Both the position numbers and the translations under genes were made by a program. Shown piece by piece: positions 18,619 through 28,002 of a DNA stretch of 64,000 nt. Position 1 is the stretch's first letter, and every line of letters starts with the position of its first letter. The notes under the pieces are model-generated. The model did not search any database. It worked only from the letters and a program-made list of their open reading frames with translations, and was not told the DNA's origin. Source of the stretch: Candidatus Aminicenantales bacterium (lineage in GTDB: Bacteria > Acidobacteriota > Aminicenantia > Aminicenantales > UBA4085); assembly GCA_049515535.1 (NCBI GenBank), contig JBEKTZ010000002.1, positions 273,467-337,466 on the forward strand, written 5' to 3'.

Positions 18619-19998
18619 TCACCTCATTTTTCCCCGCTTGAGCGAGGCAAAAACTCCGACCAGGCAAAGCGCCGCGAAAAACAGGAAGGCGGTGCGCAGG
18701 GCGGTCAGGAACTGGGGAAAAACCTCCGGAGTGATTCGGGCCGTACCGAGATAAAGGGCGAAAATCAACATGGCCGCGCCCATGCTCAGCATCTGGCCGG
18801 TCATTCGCATCGTTCCCAAGGTGGCCGAAGCGAGTCCGAAAAAGCTCTTCTCGACCGAGCTCATGACGGCGTTCGTGTTGGGCGATGAGAAAAGGGCGAA
18901 ACCCAAGCCCAGAACCACCAGGGACATGCCGACAAATCCGAGAGAGGTCGTCCGGGCGAGAAACGCCAAGAGCCCAAGCCCGGCCGCCGATACCGCCATT
19001 CCCGCCGACGCGAGCAGGCGCGGTTCATGCCGGTCCGAGAGGCGTCCGGCCAGGGGCGAAAATATCGCCATCACGGCAGGCTGGGCGACGAGAATCAGAC
19101 CGGCGTTCTGCGGACTCATGCCTTTGATGAATTGGAGATAAAAACTGAGGAGGAATCCCACGGCGAACGTGGCGCAGTAATTGATCAAGGCCGCCAGGTT
19201 GGAATAAGCGAAGACGGGGTTGCCTTGGAAAAGGCGCATATCCAGCACGGGATTCCTGACCGTCTTTTCCAGAAGGATGAAACCAGCGATGCCCGCCAGC
19301 CCGGCCAGAACCAGGAGGACGGCCGTCGTTTGGGGAAGCCGGGATAAACCCAGCATGAGAGAGACGAGCGCCAGGCCGAGGACGATCGATCCGGCCGCGT
19401 CGAATTTCCCCTTCCGCGCTTCGGCCCGTTCTTCTTTGAGAAACGCGGCGGAAAGAGCGAAAACAAAGAGGCCGAGAAACGCGTTGATCCAAAAGATGCT
19501 GCGCCAACCTAGATAATGCGTCAAGAATCCGCCCAAAACGGGACCGAGCGAAAGCCCGAGGTACGTGGAGGAGACGTTGATGCCGAGGACGCGGCCGCGC
19601 TCCCCCTGCGGATAAGCCGAGGTGAGCATGGCGACCCCCGTGCCCAGGATCATGGCCGCGCCCAATCCTTGGACAACGCGGGACGCCAACAGAACGAAAA
19701 CGGAAAACGATCCGGCGGACAGACTGGATCCCAGGGCATAGATCAGGCTTCCCCAGCCGAAAATTTTTTTTCGTCCCCGCTGGTCGGCGAGCTTGCCGAA
19801 GGGGATGAGAAAGACCGCGACCGCGAGAATATAGGACGTCGCCACCCAGCCCTGGACGACGGCGGATATCTTGAACTCATCGCCGACCGCGGGCAGAGCA
19901 AGATTGAGCGACGAAGACATGAAGGGGGTCAGAAACGCCGCCGCGGTCGAGACGATCAGGACGATGGTCCTGTTCGATGTTTGACGACCGCTTTTCAT
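18619..19998 (-). CDS. MFS transporter (DHA2/EmrB-like)
   Basis: Many TM segments; GKLADQRGRKK motif A, SRVVQGLG, GP.LGG.L...GWRSIFWIN. Confidence 0.9.
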   Translation of the reverse strand: MKSGRQTSNRTIVLIVSTAAAFLTPFMSSSLNLALPAVGDEFKISAVVQGWVATSYILAVAVFLIPFGKLADQRGRKKIFGWGSLIYALGSSLSAGSFSVFVLLASRVVQGLGAAMILGTGVAMLTSAYPQGERGRVLGINVSSTYLGLSLGPVLGGFLTHYLGWRSIFWINAFLGLFVFALSAAFLKEERAEARKGKFDAAGSIVLGLALVSLMLGLSRLPQTTAVLLVLAGLAGIAGFILLEKTVRNPVLDMRLFQGNPVFAYSNLAALINYCATFAVGFLLSFYLQFIKGMSPQNAGLILVAQPAVMAIFSPLAGRLSDRHEPRLLASAGMAVSAAGLGLLAFLARTTSLGFVGMSLVVLGLGFALFSSPNTNAVMSSVEKSFFGLASATLGTMRMTGQMLSMGAAMLIFALYLGTARITPEVFPQFLTALRTAFLFFAALCLVGVFASLKRGKMR

Positions 19999-20089
19999 GG
20001 AGGATTGTGATTATGGCATAAAAATAGACGGGAACGGAAGGGCCGAAAATCACGATCGCTAAAAAAAACCCGGTCTTATGTCCTGAAAA

Positions 20090-20809
20090 TCATCTCACGG
20101 GAACCGCGCCCGGACGGGAGCCCGCCTCGTTCATGGCTTTGCACATGCGGAGGCCCTGGCTGAAGAATATTATCGAAAGAATGAAACTGACGAATCCCGT
20201 GAGATAGCCGACGAAAGGAATGATGCCGCACAAGTCCAGAATGGGAATGGCCATCCCCAGGTCATTGGACATTGTTTCCGTGAGCCCTCGCACCCTGGCC
20301 AGGGCGTTGAGGTCTTTCGGCAATTTGCCGTAGGCGATGAATATCCAATAAAAATTATAAAAAGGGATGAAACAATAGCCGATCGCCTGGCCGGGAGTGG
20401 CGATCGACGTCGGCAGGCCCGCCTGCCGGGATTCAAAGATGACGTACTTCCAGATCTGATAAAAGAGGACGAACATGTAGATCCCGCCGGCGATGAGGGC
20501 GCCGCACCCGATAAACATGAACATCACAGCGGGAGCCACCATTGATTGTTCACGCTCGCCGGCGGCGATGAACACGACGCCGAGCATCAGGGCGATGAAC
20601 CCTCCCACCAACAAGCCGACACACAGCCCGATCTTGCCGAAATTGTATGCGGCGCCCGAACCTTGGGACAGAACCGGCCTGCCGGATATCGCGCTCCCTG
20701 GCGTTGACCCCTGAATCCAGCTGCCGCAATGCCGGCATTTAAGCGCGACCGCCATGATCGTTTCCCCGCAGAACGGACAATGTTTCTGATCCGAGGACGG
20801 TGTATCCAT
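20090..20809 (-). CDS. Membrane protein with N-terminal zinc ribbon (DUF4328-like region)
   Basis: CPFCGE.I...A.KC.HCG; PG.AIG..FIPFYNFYW; about 4 TM segments. Confidence 0.65.
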   Translation of the reverse strand: MDTPSSDQKHCPFCGETIMAVALKCRHCGSWIQGSTPGSAISGRPVLSQGSGAAYNFGKIGLCVGLLVGGFIALMLGVVFIAAGEREQSMVAPAVMFMFIGCGALIAGGIYMFVLFYQIWKYVIFESRQAGLPTSIATPGQAIGYCFIPFYNFYWIFIAYGKLPKDLNALARVRGLTETMSNDLGMAIPILDLCGIIPFVGYLTGFVSFILSIIFFSQGLRMCKAMNEAGSRPGAVPVR

Positions 20810-20924
20810 GAGTTTCCCTCCTTTCCGAAGCTCTTAAAGCGCGATTATGGCCGTTCCCTGGGCATCTGTCAATATCAAAACATACTGATGCCTCTTTGGC
20901 CTCGGAGAGCGCCGAATTCCCGCT

Positions 20925-22943
20925 CTAAAGGACGGCTTCAACCCGGAGATCGCGCCCGGGATAGGCAATGAGAATTTCCCCGGGCCCGGATCGAATCACA
21001 TAGCTGTCGCTCCGGAATTTTGGGGGCGCGCCTTTCTTGGATTTTCCAATTCGCAATTCCAAGCGGCCCTTCTGGAAGGGAAATGAGGCCTGGATCCTTT
21101 TCAACCCGGGAAGAATTCGAGGCCGTATGCAAAGGCCGATCTCCTGAGGCTGTACGCCGAGGATATGATGGACGAAGAGGATGACCATCTCGGCCCAATT
21201 CCAGGGAACGATTCCCACTGGGGGAAACGGCGGGGCCGATCTTTTACCGTAAAATTCGAACCAGGTTCCGGCGCGGGCTCCGGGCATCTCGTTGAGCCAA
21301 TCGAGAATGCGCCAGACGTTCGTATATTGCCCCAGCTCGGCGCTCGCCCTGGCTACGAATAAAGACGGGAACGGCCAGGAGCCGGGCGAATCGGGTTCGG
21401 AACTCGCGTGATAGCGGCCGTAGCCTCCGTGCCGCCACGTCTGGTTCCAGAGCGTCTCCAGCGAGGCGAGAGTCAGGCGGCAAAGAGGCAAATCCGGAGG
21501 AACGAAACCCAAGGCGATTGGCAGCGCGGCGGAGGTGTCGGGGTTGAGAAAATGGTCTCCCGATTTGGCCAGCGGCGACGCGAGGGGGAGGCCGGAATCC
21601 GGCCGGGCGACGATTTTTTCCTGAACGGCGCCATCTATCCCCCGGCGCTTGATAAATCCCCGGTTGTCGGCCAGCCGGAAGCGGGGGTCCTCGAGCATGG
21701 CATTACGGAGACGGAGAGATTCTCCCTCCCAGCGGACGGCCTGTTGCAAATGCCCCAACATGCGCGCCAGAACAGCCGCCGCGCCGAGGCCGAACGACGT
21801 GTAAAGCTGATGGACGAGCTCAATGCCCGGCTCGATGCCGTGCGCCCTGTGCCTCTCCCAGAATTCCCGCCGGTTCGTCAGAAGGCCGCTCGGCCGATGA
21901 CGGAAGATCTCTTTCAGCGGAAATTCGGCTGTGACTACGATCTTGTTCCAATATTTTCGAGCCAGAGCCAGGTCGCCCGTCCAAAGCACATAGTCCTTCA
22001 AGGTATAAAGAAGAAATCCATTCTGGTCGAGCTCGACCTCGTCGGGGTCCCGTTTTTCGCTCGAATCGATCGTGTCGCCGTCGCCGGTCACGAATTTATC
22101 CAGAAGCCGAGTGAACATCGTCCGGGCCAGGGCGTGTTCGCCGGTCATGGTCAAAGCCAGGGCGATCATGGCCTGGTCCCGCAGCCACTCCCGGTTATAT
22201 TGCCAGATACCGCCGTCTAGCCGCCCTTTACGCGAGATCACGGCCGGAAGCTGGAATTTCGAGGCCTGAAAATAATGATCGAGCAAGGGATGTCCGAACG
22301 AAATCTGGGACATATCCGCCCAATAGGCGGCCGCGCCGGAATCGCCGGCCGGCTTTCGGGTGAAGGAGGCCGTGACCTCATCCTTTGCCGCATCGAGGGA
22401 ATACCGGATAAAAAGCCTTTTTTCCGCGCCGGCTTCCAAGACGATTTCCTTAGCCAATGACGACGGCGTCGCTCCGGTTTGAAGTCCAGCCTTCATCCGG
22501 CGCCGTCCCCGATTTTTCACCCTGATTTCGCGGAGAACGGCCGGCTCATCCCGGTCAGGGCAGGAGAAATATTCTTCGACTTCGACGGTTCGGCTTTTCC
22601 AGCGGACGCGGACCGTCGGGATCCGGAGCTCCGGCGACCAAGCCGCTTCGATGCCTCCCGGCTCCGGCTTGTGCAGGACCGGTCCGTCCGCGATCCGGAT
22701 CATTGTGTCCTCCAGGCCGGTCCGCACGTCCATGGTCAGGGCTTCTCTTTTTTTCCGGAGACGTTCGGGATTCATGATGAGCAGCCCGACGGGCGTTCCG
22801 TCTCCGGCCGGGGCCGCTTGGACCGCGGCCTGGATCAGGCCGTTGCCGAGAAAAAAGTAATCGACGTTTTTGAGCTCGGTGCGGACGTCCGGATGTCCCA
22901 CCCGCGGGTCATCGTCATAAATATGTTCTTTGACATCGATCAT
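20925..22943 (-). CDS. Six-hairpin glycosidase (GH15-like)
   Basis: Y..EW.RD, ELDQNG, EFWER, GRY....E.....WP motifs of (alpha/alpha)6 glycosidases. Confidence 0.65.
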   Translation of the reverse strand: MIDVKEHIYDDDPRVGHPDVRTELKNVDYFFLGNGLIQAAVQAAPAGDGTPVGLLIMNPERLRKKREALTMDVRTGLEDTMIRIADGPVLHKPEPGGIEAAWSPELRIPTVRVRWKSRTVEVEEYFSCPDRDEPAVLREIRVKNRGRRRMKAGLQTGATPSSLAKEIVLEAGAEKRLFIRYSLDAAKDEVTASFTRKPAGDSGAAAYWADMSQISFGHPLLDHYFQASKFQLPAVISRKGRLDGGIWQYNREWLRDQAMIALALTMTGEHALARTMFTRLLDKFVTGDGDTIDSSEKRDPDEVELDQNGFLLYTLKDYVLWTGDLALARKYWNKIVVTAEFPLKEIFRHRPSGLLTNRREFWERHRAHGIEPGIELVHQLYTSFGLGAAAVLARMLGHLQQAVRWEGESLRLRNAMLEDPRFRLADNRGFIKRRGIDGAVQEKIVARPDSGLPLASPLAKSGDHFLNPDTSAALPIALGFVPPDLPLCRLTLASLETLWNQTWRHGGYGRYHASSEPDSPGSWPFPSLFVARASAELGQYTNVWRILDWLNEMPGARAGTWFEFYGKRSAPPFPPVGIVPWNWAEMVILFVHHILGVQPQEIGLCIRPRILPGLKRIQASFPFQKGRLELRIGKSKKGAPPKFRSDSYVIRSGPGEILIAYPGRDLRVEAVL

Positions 22944-22961
22944 GAGCTCGCTCCGGTAGCG

Positions 22962-23594
22962 TCATCGAATGAAAACGATGAGAACGGCCAGGAACAATAT
23001 CGTCGTCAGAAGGCCGATCGGGATCGCCCTCCTCCACTTCATCTTCTGGCTGACGCCGACCGCGATCGTGATCAACAAAAAGATCCAAACCGCCGCGACG
23101 ATCTGATAGAAGAGGGCGAAAGTCTGCAGAAATCCGGGTTTGGTCCAAAGGTCCATGAATTCTTCTTGCCTCATGCCCAGGTGAAGGAGGACGGCGAACG
23201 CCGTTTCGGGAATCCACGTCAATAAAAAGGGCACCGTCACCGCGAAGCCAAGGGCCGCCAATGTGCCTTCGAAGGTCCCGCTTCCCTTCCCCCATCGGCT
23301 CAGGAACTGGACAAAACCCGCCGCGAGGATCCAGGCCAAGACCATGACCGGCAGAGCGAAGAACATCTCGCAGAAATAATAATTCTCCGGCGACAGGGCG
23401 AGAAAGGCCGGTGCCGTGATTAGGGCCCCGGCCGCGGCCAGCATGACCACGGTGATGGTATACAAAACCCCAATCAGGAGGATCGCTTTGAAACTTTTCG
23501 AAACCCGCTTCGGATCGGCCTGAAGCGCATGAAACGTGGCCTTGGGCCTGAGCGCCGTCCCGCCGAGATAACGACAAAAATTCTTCATGACCAT
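22962..23594 (-). CDS. YIP1-family membrane protein
   Basis: L.PK.TF N-terminus, G.G.GTFE.TL, five TM segments. Confidence 0.7.
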   Translation of the reverse strand: MVMKNFCRYLGGTALRPKATFHALQADPKRVSKSFKAILLIGVLYTITVVMLAAAGALITAPAFLALSPENYYFCEMFFALPVMVLAWILAAGFVQFLSRWGKGSGTFEGTLAALGFAVTVPFLLTWIPETAFAVLLHLGMRQEEFMDLWTKPGFLQTFALFYQIVAAVWIFLLITIAVGVSQKMKWRRAIPIGLLTTILFLAVLIVFIR

Positions 23595-23627
23595 AGTCCT
23601 CCACCCTAGAGAGTCAATCTCCGGCGT

Positions 23628-26600
23628 TCAATCGGTGGTCCATCCCCTGATCAGCTTGAAATCTCCGAACAACCCGTATCCGACAACGCTGTATGCCGAG
23701 CCGGGCGGTCGCCCCCCCTTAGCGCCCTGTTGGAATGACCCCGGCCAGGCCCGGCCGAGCGCGGGATTGTTGTGAAAGGGTCCGAGCGTATTTTTCAGAG
23801 TGCCGTACACCACGACCGCGATAGCGTTCGTCCCCGGGGCGAGAAAGTTCGTGACGTCGAGCCGGAACGGGGCAAAAGCGATGAATCCGGCCGATTTTCC
23901 ATTGACCAGGACCTCCGTCACGGCGCCCTTCCATGCCCCGAGTTCCACGAACAAATGATACTCTTGAAAATCGAGCGGGCGAAGGACAAACGTTCCCGTA
24001 TAAGCCACGGCGCCCGAATACAGAGGTAAGCCCTGGCCACTCCATGTCCCCATTTTCAGAGGCCGGGGAAGAACCAGCTTGAATCCCTTGGCCGAGCTTT
24101 CGAGCCCGAAATCTCCGAGAATATAGACCGGCTCGAGCTCGGAATGAATCGTGAACGGCGAAGCCCTGAGGATAAGCCGATTGTCTCCCTCCTTCGCATG
24201 GGAGCCGATGTCGAAAACGCCGAAAGCCTTGTCGAGCCACCATTGATCCTTGAGCGGCGAGATCTTCCGGCCGTTGATGGAAACTTGGAAGAGCTCCGGC
24301 CTTTCGACGACTGCCCGGAGAGACTTCAGCGGAACTCCCTCGGCGACCGTAAACCCGAACGTCGCTTCGAACCCGGAATCCGGCGCGAATTTATCTTTGT
24401 CCAGAATATTGGTTTTATATTGCACGGCGCTGTCCCAAGGGTTTCTGTCGAGCCCGTGAAATTTGAATGTTTTGAGCTGGGCATCGTAGAAGTAAAGGTC
24501 ATTTTCGGTTTTTCCCCCAAGGGTCAGATCGCAATAGTCGAGCGTCAGGATATTCGGAGATGCTCTTTGAACGGTCAGGGGTTTTGCGGCTTTGAGCGCT
24601 TCGTCGTTCGATTTCGTTTCCCTTCCCGGCCGGCTGTTTACGGGCCGCCAGCAGAGCAACAAGCTTCCTCCGGGCGGAACGTCAAATCCGGCGGTTAACT
24701 GGCCGTTCTTCAGCTCGAAAGGATACGCCGTCACATCGCCCGTGAAGGGATCCCATTTTTCGCAGGATTCGCCCGGCGCCATCATCGTGCCGGCGGCGGA
24801 GTTCTCGACGCTCGTGTTGGCCAGAAAAACAAGCTCGCCGTCATTGAGGGTCCGGCGATGATGGAAAAGCCAATTCGGCCCGCCGTTTTTCGCGCGGTCG
24901 ACGTGGAACACGAATCCCGGAGCCGAGAGCTTCGTTATTTCGTCGGGTTCGGTTTCTCCTTTCGTCTGGACCCAGTTCTCCGAATGCGCCGCGGCGATTT
25001 GCGCGGGCCGGCCGTCCGCTCTTCCGTCGACAAAGGCCGGGGCCGGCGGCCAAGATAATATTTTCCCGCCCTTGGCCGCGTAGGCGCTCAGTAGCCCGAC
25101 GGTCGCTTCGTTCAAGTTCTCGAGCCCCGGGGGAAGGATCACGAGCCGATACGCCCGTTCGCCGACGATCAGTCTCCCTCCCTCGGCCCGGCCGAAATTC
25201 TTCAGGATGAACTCGCTGCCCAGGTCGTATTCGACTTGGCCGTCTTCCAGCCGATTGACAAAATTCTGGAAATCCCGGCCGATGGCTTTGATCTTGTCCG
25301 AATCCCCGCCCGGCGCGTGGTACATCCAGGCCGTGCTGGTAGGCTCGATGACGAGGATCTCGTTGACTTGGTTCCCGGCGGAGAGCGCCGTCGACAGGCG
25401 GCCGTAGTAATCCCCCAGGATCCTGTACGCGGGCCACCAGGGTTCATGATATGAAAAAGACTGAGGGTGATCGCGTTTGCGCGCGCCTTTAATCGTCACG
25501 TACGAAAGATGCTGGACCATGAAGTTTACGCCGAGCGCGTATTCCCAATCCGCGATCCGTTTCTGATCGAAGAACGTCAGATCCCAGCCGCCCGCGCCGA
25601 ACGTCTCCGACAGGGTCCGTTTTTTCCCGAGCTGGTTCGCTGCGCTGCGGATCTCTTTGACCCCGCGGGCGTTGCCGAACTGGGCGTGAGTGTCCGTCTG
25701 AAAATCGTTCATGAGGATATCGACTCCGGGCATATGGGCATAAGCGGCGAAGGCCATGTTGTCCGGGTTGACGACCGGCCGCGGCCATTCGTGCTCCCAG
25801 TAATGTCCCGTGAAAATCAAATGGTTTCGCGTGCAATACGCGTTATAGGGTTTGGCCCAATTGTCGATGAAAAGCTCGAGGAGCGTCGCGTAGAAATTAT
25901 GGCGCACGCGCGCATAATCGCCAATGTCTTCATAAAGGGCCGGCAGATGGAGCTTCAGATCGTAGCCCCACAGCGCCTTGAACGTATCGAAAAGGGCCGG
26001 CGTATAATTGACCACGACCATGTTGGGCCCGCCGGCCGGATTGATCTCGGCCTCGTCCTGGAAGACGCCGGGGACCGTGCCCCCGAATTCCTCCCCGAAG
26101 GCGCGCTTGTAGGCGTCGAGCGTGACTTCCAGAAATTTCTCGGTGACGTCTTTGCGCATGAGATCGACATAAGTGAATCCGCCATACCACGGGTTCGGCT
26201 TCTGGCGGTTGAGGTCGAACACGTAATAATCGCCAGCGCCCAGAGCGTTCCCCTTGGCCCGCGCCGCCGCCGTGACGTCCTCGAATCCCGAAGCCCCAGT
26301 CCGGAGGACGACGAGCGGCGCGACCTCGAAGGTTCCCGGCAGTTCCTTCATCCTGGTCAGGCGCAACCCCGTCCGCGCCGCGTCCGGCATTTGGGCGGGG
26401 ACATGGCCGCCCGCGAATCCCGACGGATAGGAATTCTCGTCGTAGATCCAGATCTTCATCCCCAGTTTTTTCCCGACGTCCACGGCCTGTCGCCAGAGGT
26501 CGAGCCATTCGTCGGACAGGTACGGCGTGATGAGGCCGGGGCGGGGATGAACGAAAACGCCGCCGATCCCGTGGGCCTTGAAGTCGGCGAGCTGCTCTTC

Positions 26601-26792
26601 AATCTGCGACCTCGTGAGGCGGTCGTTCCAAACCCAGAGCGGAGCGCTGCGGAACTCGGCGGACGGGTTTTGAAACGCAGCGAGGACTTCAGCATAGGAG
26701 TCCGAACGGGCGGGTTTCGGATTCTCTTTCGCGCAGGCGGCCGCGATCGACACAAAAATCAAGAGGACCCAAAAAACGGTTTTGTTTTTCAT
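23628..26792 (-). CDS. Glycoside hydrolase lipoprotein (GH106-like)
   Basis: Lipobox AAAC; F.NP..EFR..P.W.WN, G.GGVF.H.R.GL, WIYDE.SYPSGFAGG, SETFGA.GW. Confidence 0.72.
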   Translation of the reverse strand: MKNKTVFWVLLIFVSIAAACAKENPKPARSDSYAEVLAAFQNPSAEFRSAPLWVWNDRLTRSQIEEQLADFKAHGIGGVFVHPRPGLITPYLSDEWLDLWRQAVDVGKKLGMKIWIYDENSYPSGFAGGHVPAQMPDAARTGLRLTRMKELPGTFEVAPLVVLRTGASGFEDVTAAARAKGNALGAGDYYVFDLNRQKPNPWYGGFTYVDLMRKDVTEKFLEVTLDAYKRAFGEEFGGTVPGVFQDEAEINPAGGPNMVVVNYTPALFDTFKALWGYDLKLHLPALYEDIGDYARVRHNFYATLLELFIDNWAKPYNAYCTRNHLIFTGHYWEHEWPRPVVNPDNMAFAAYAHMPGVDILMNDFQTDTHAQFGNARGVKEIRSAANQLGKKRTLSETFGAGGWDLTFFDQKRIADWEYALGVNFMVQHLSYVTIKGARKRDHPQSFSYHEPWWPAYRILGDYYGRLSTALSAGNQVNEILVIEPTSTAWMYHAPGGDSDKIKAIGRDFQNFVNRLEDGQVEYDLGSEFILKNFGRAEGGRLIVGERAYRLVILPPGLENLNEATVGLLSAYAAKGGKILSWPPAPAFVDGRADGRPAQIAAAHSENWVQTKGETEPDEITKLSAPGFVFHVDRAKNGGPNWLFHHRRTLNDGELVFLANTSVENSAAGTMMAPGESCEKWDPFTGDVTAYPFELKNGQLTAGFDVPPGGSLLLCWRPVNSRPGRETKSNDEALKAAKPLTVQRASPNILTLDYCDLTLGGKTENDLYFYDAQLKTFKFHGLDRNPWDSAVQYKTNILDKDKFAPDSGFEATFGFTVAEGVPLKSLRAVVERPELFQVSINGRKISPLKDQWWLDKAFGVFDIGSHAKEGDNRLILRASPFTIHSELEPVYILGDFGLESSAKGFKLVLPRPLKMGTWSGQGLPLYSGAVAYTGTFVLRPLDFQEYHLFVELGAWKGAVTEVLVNGKSAGFIAFAPFRLDVTNFLAPGTNAIAVVVYGTLKNTLGPFHNNPALGRAWPGSFQQGAKGGRPPGSAYSVVGYGLFGDFKLIRGWTTD

Positions 26793-26930
26793 CCGGCGTC
26801 TCTCCTCCTTGAAGCGTTTCCGGCCAGGAGCTTTCATTTTATATTAATACCGGCCGGAAATATTCAATAGAATTTTGAGGGCGAGGAAACAAGGGGGGAC
26901 TGATGGTTAGCGTCTTCGGAGCATGAGGCA

Positions 26931-27021
26931 CGGAGAGGGCGGGATTCGAACCCGCGGTCCCGGTTTGAGCCGAGACAAGCGCTTAGCAGGCGCTCCTGAT
27001 CGACCACTCCAGCACCTCTCC
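26931..27021 (-). tRNA. tRNA-Ser(GCT), CCA not encoded
   Basis: GGAGAGG acceptor stem, anticodon arm AGCGC-CTGCTAA-GCGCT, long variable arm, GGTTCGAATCC T-loop. Confidence 0.95.
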
Positions 27022-27230
27022 GTATCTGGAAGGCGGCGCTATTCTACCATTTTTTATTTCCAAATCAAAGGACCCGAAAATGGCCGCGAAAGAGGCCGGC
27101 GGATCGGATCAGCGGGCGGGACAACCATAAAATCGTTCGCTCAATCCTTGAGCGGGAGAGAGCGTCTGAGCCCGCGATGGAATGCGGATCACATCCTTGT
27201 TATGATAAGATCCTATTCAAGGAGGATTCC

Positions 27231-27533
27231 ATGTCTGAACATCCCTTGGCGACCATGATCAAGCTCGACCCCGAATTCATGAAATTCCTGGAGGGCGGCC
27301 ATCATCTCATTTACGGTGATGGTGCCCTGCCGTCAAAGTTCAAACTGTTGATGGCCCTGGCCTTCGACGCCGCTCACGGCGCGCGCGACGGCGTGCGCGC
27401 TTTGGCCCTCCAGGCGATGAAGGCGGGCGCGACTAAGGCAGAAATCGCCGAAACGATCCGCGTCACCTTCCAACTGAACGGCATTGGGTCGGTTTATACG
27501 GCATCCCAAGCCTTGAAGGACATGATCGACTGA
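27231..27533 (+). CDS. Carboxymuconolactone decarboxylase/AhpD-family protein
   Basis: DGALP.KFK.L.ALA, A.KAGAT..EI.E; AGGAGG RBS; no CxxC. Confidence 0.82.
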   Translation: MSEHPLATMIKLDPEFMKFLEGGHHLIYGDGALPSKFKLLMALAFDAAHGARDGVRALALQAMKAGATKAEIAETIRVTFQLNGIGSVYTASQALKDMID

Positions 27534-27571
27534 TCCGCATCCGCGGTTATGCGCCGTTCGAGGCGAAGATC

Positions 27572-27988
27572 TCAGGCCGATTTCTTGATCTGGGCGGCCT
27601 TGGCTTTAGCCCGAAGGAAAACGGGCCCCCACAAAGGGTGCCCTTCCTCGGATTGGTCTAAGGTAAACTGGGGATTTAAAGCCAAGACTTTGCCGAATTC
27701 GACTTCGCCCAATCCGGCCCTGTTCGAAACGCAATAGACGAAAGCCAGATATTTATGGACCCGGATCAGATCGGCTTTGCCGGCCAACCCCGCCCCCAGC
27801 GCCTGCATGAGATATTTTTCCGCGTTGCCGTATTCCCCGTCTTCGAAGCTCTTGATTCCCCCCAGAAGAAGCGGCTTTCCCGCGTTTGGATCCGCCACCC
27901 GCTGCGGTACTGTCGTCTGCTGGGTCGCACAACCGGCCAAAACCAGGATCAGCACAAGGGCTGAACTCCGACCGCGAAAGAACGTCAT
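27572..27988 (-). CDS. TssQ-like TPR lipoprotein
   Basis: Lipobox LAGC; HKYLAF.YC...R, F..L.LNP.F.L...E.GHP.WGPVF, as I recall for the T6SS-associated TssQ family. Confidence 0.72.
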   Translation of the reverse strand: MTFFRGRSSALVLILVLAGCATQQTTVPQRVADPNAGKPLLLGGIKSFEDGEYGNAEKYLMQALGAGLAGKADLIRVHKYLAFVYCVSNRAGLGEVEFGKVLALNPQFTLDQSEEGHPLWGPVFLRAKAKAAQIKKSA

Positions 27989-28002
27989 ATTCGCTCCTCC
28001 CC

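Noticed and set aside
27572..27988. Type VI secretion locus
   Set aside because: Only the TssQ-like lipoprotein is present; no tssB/C, hcp, vgrG or tssM in the window.
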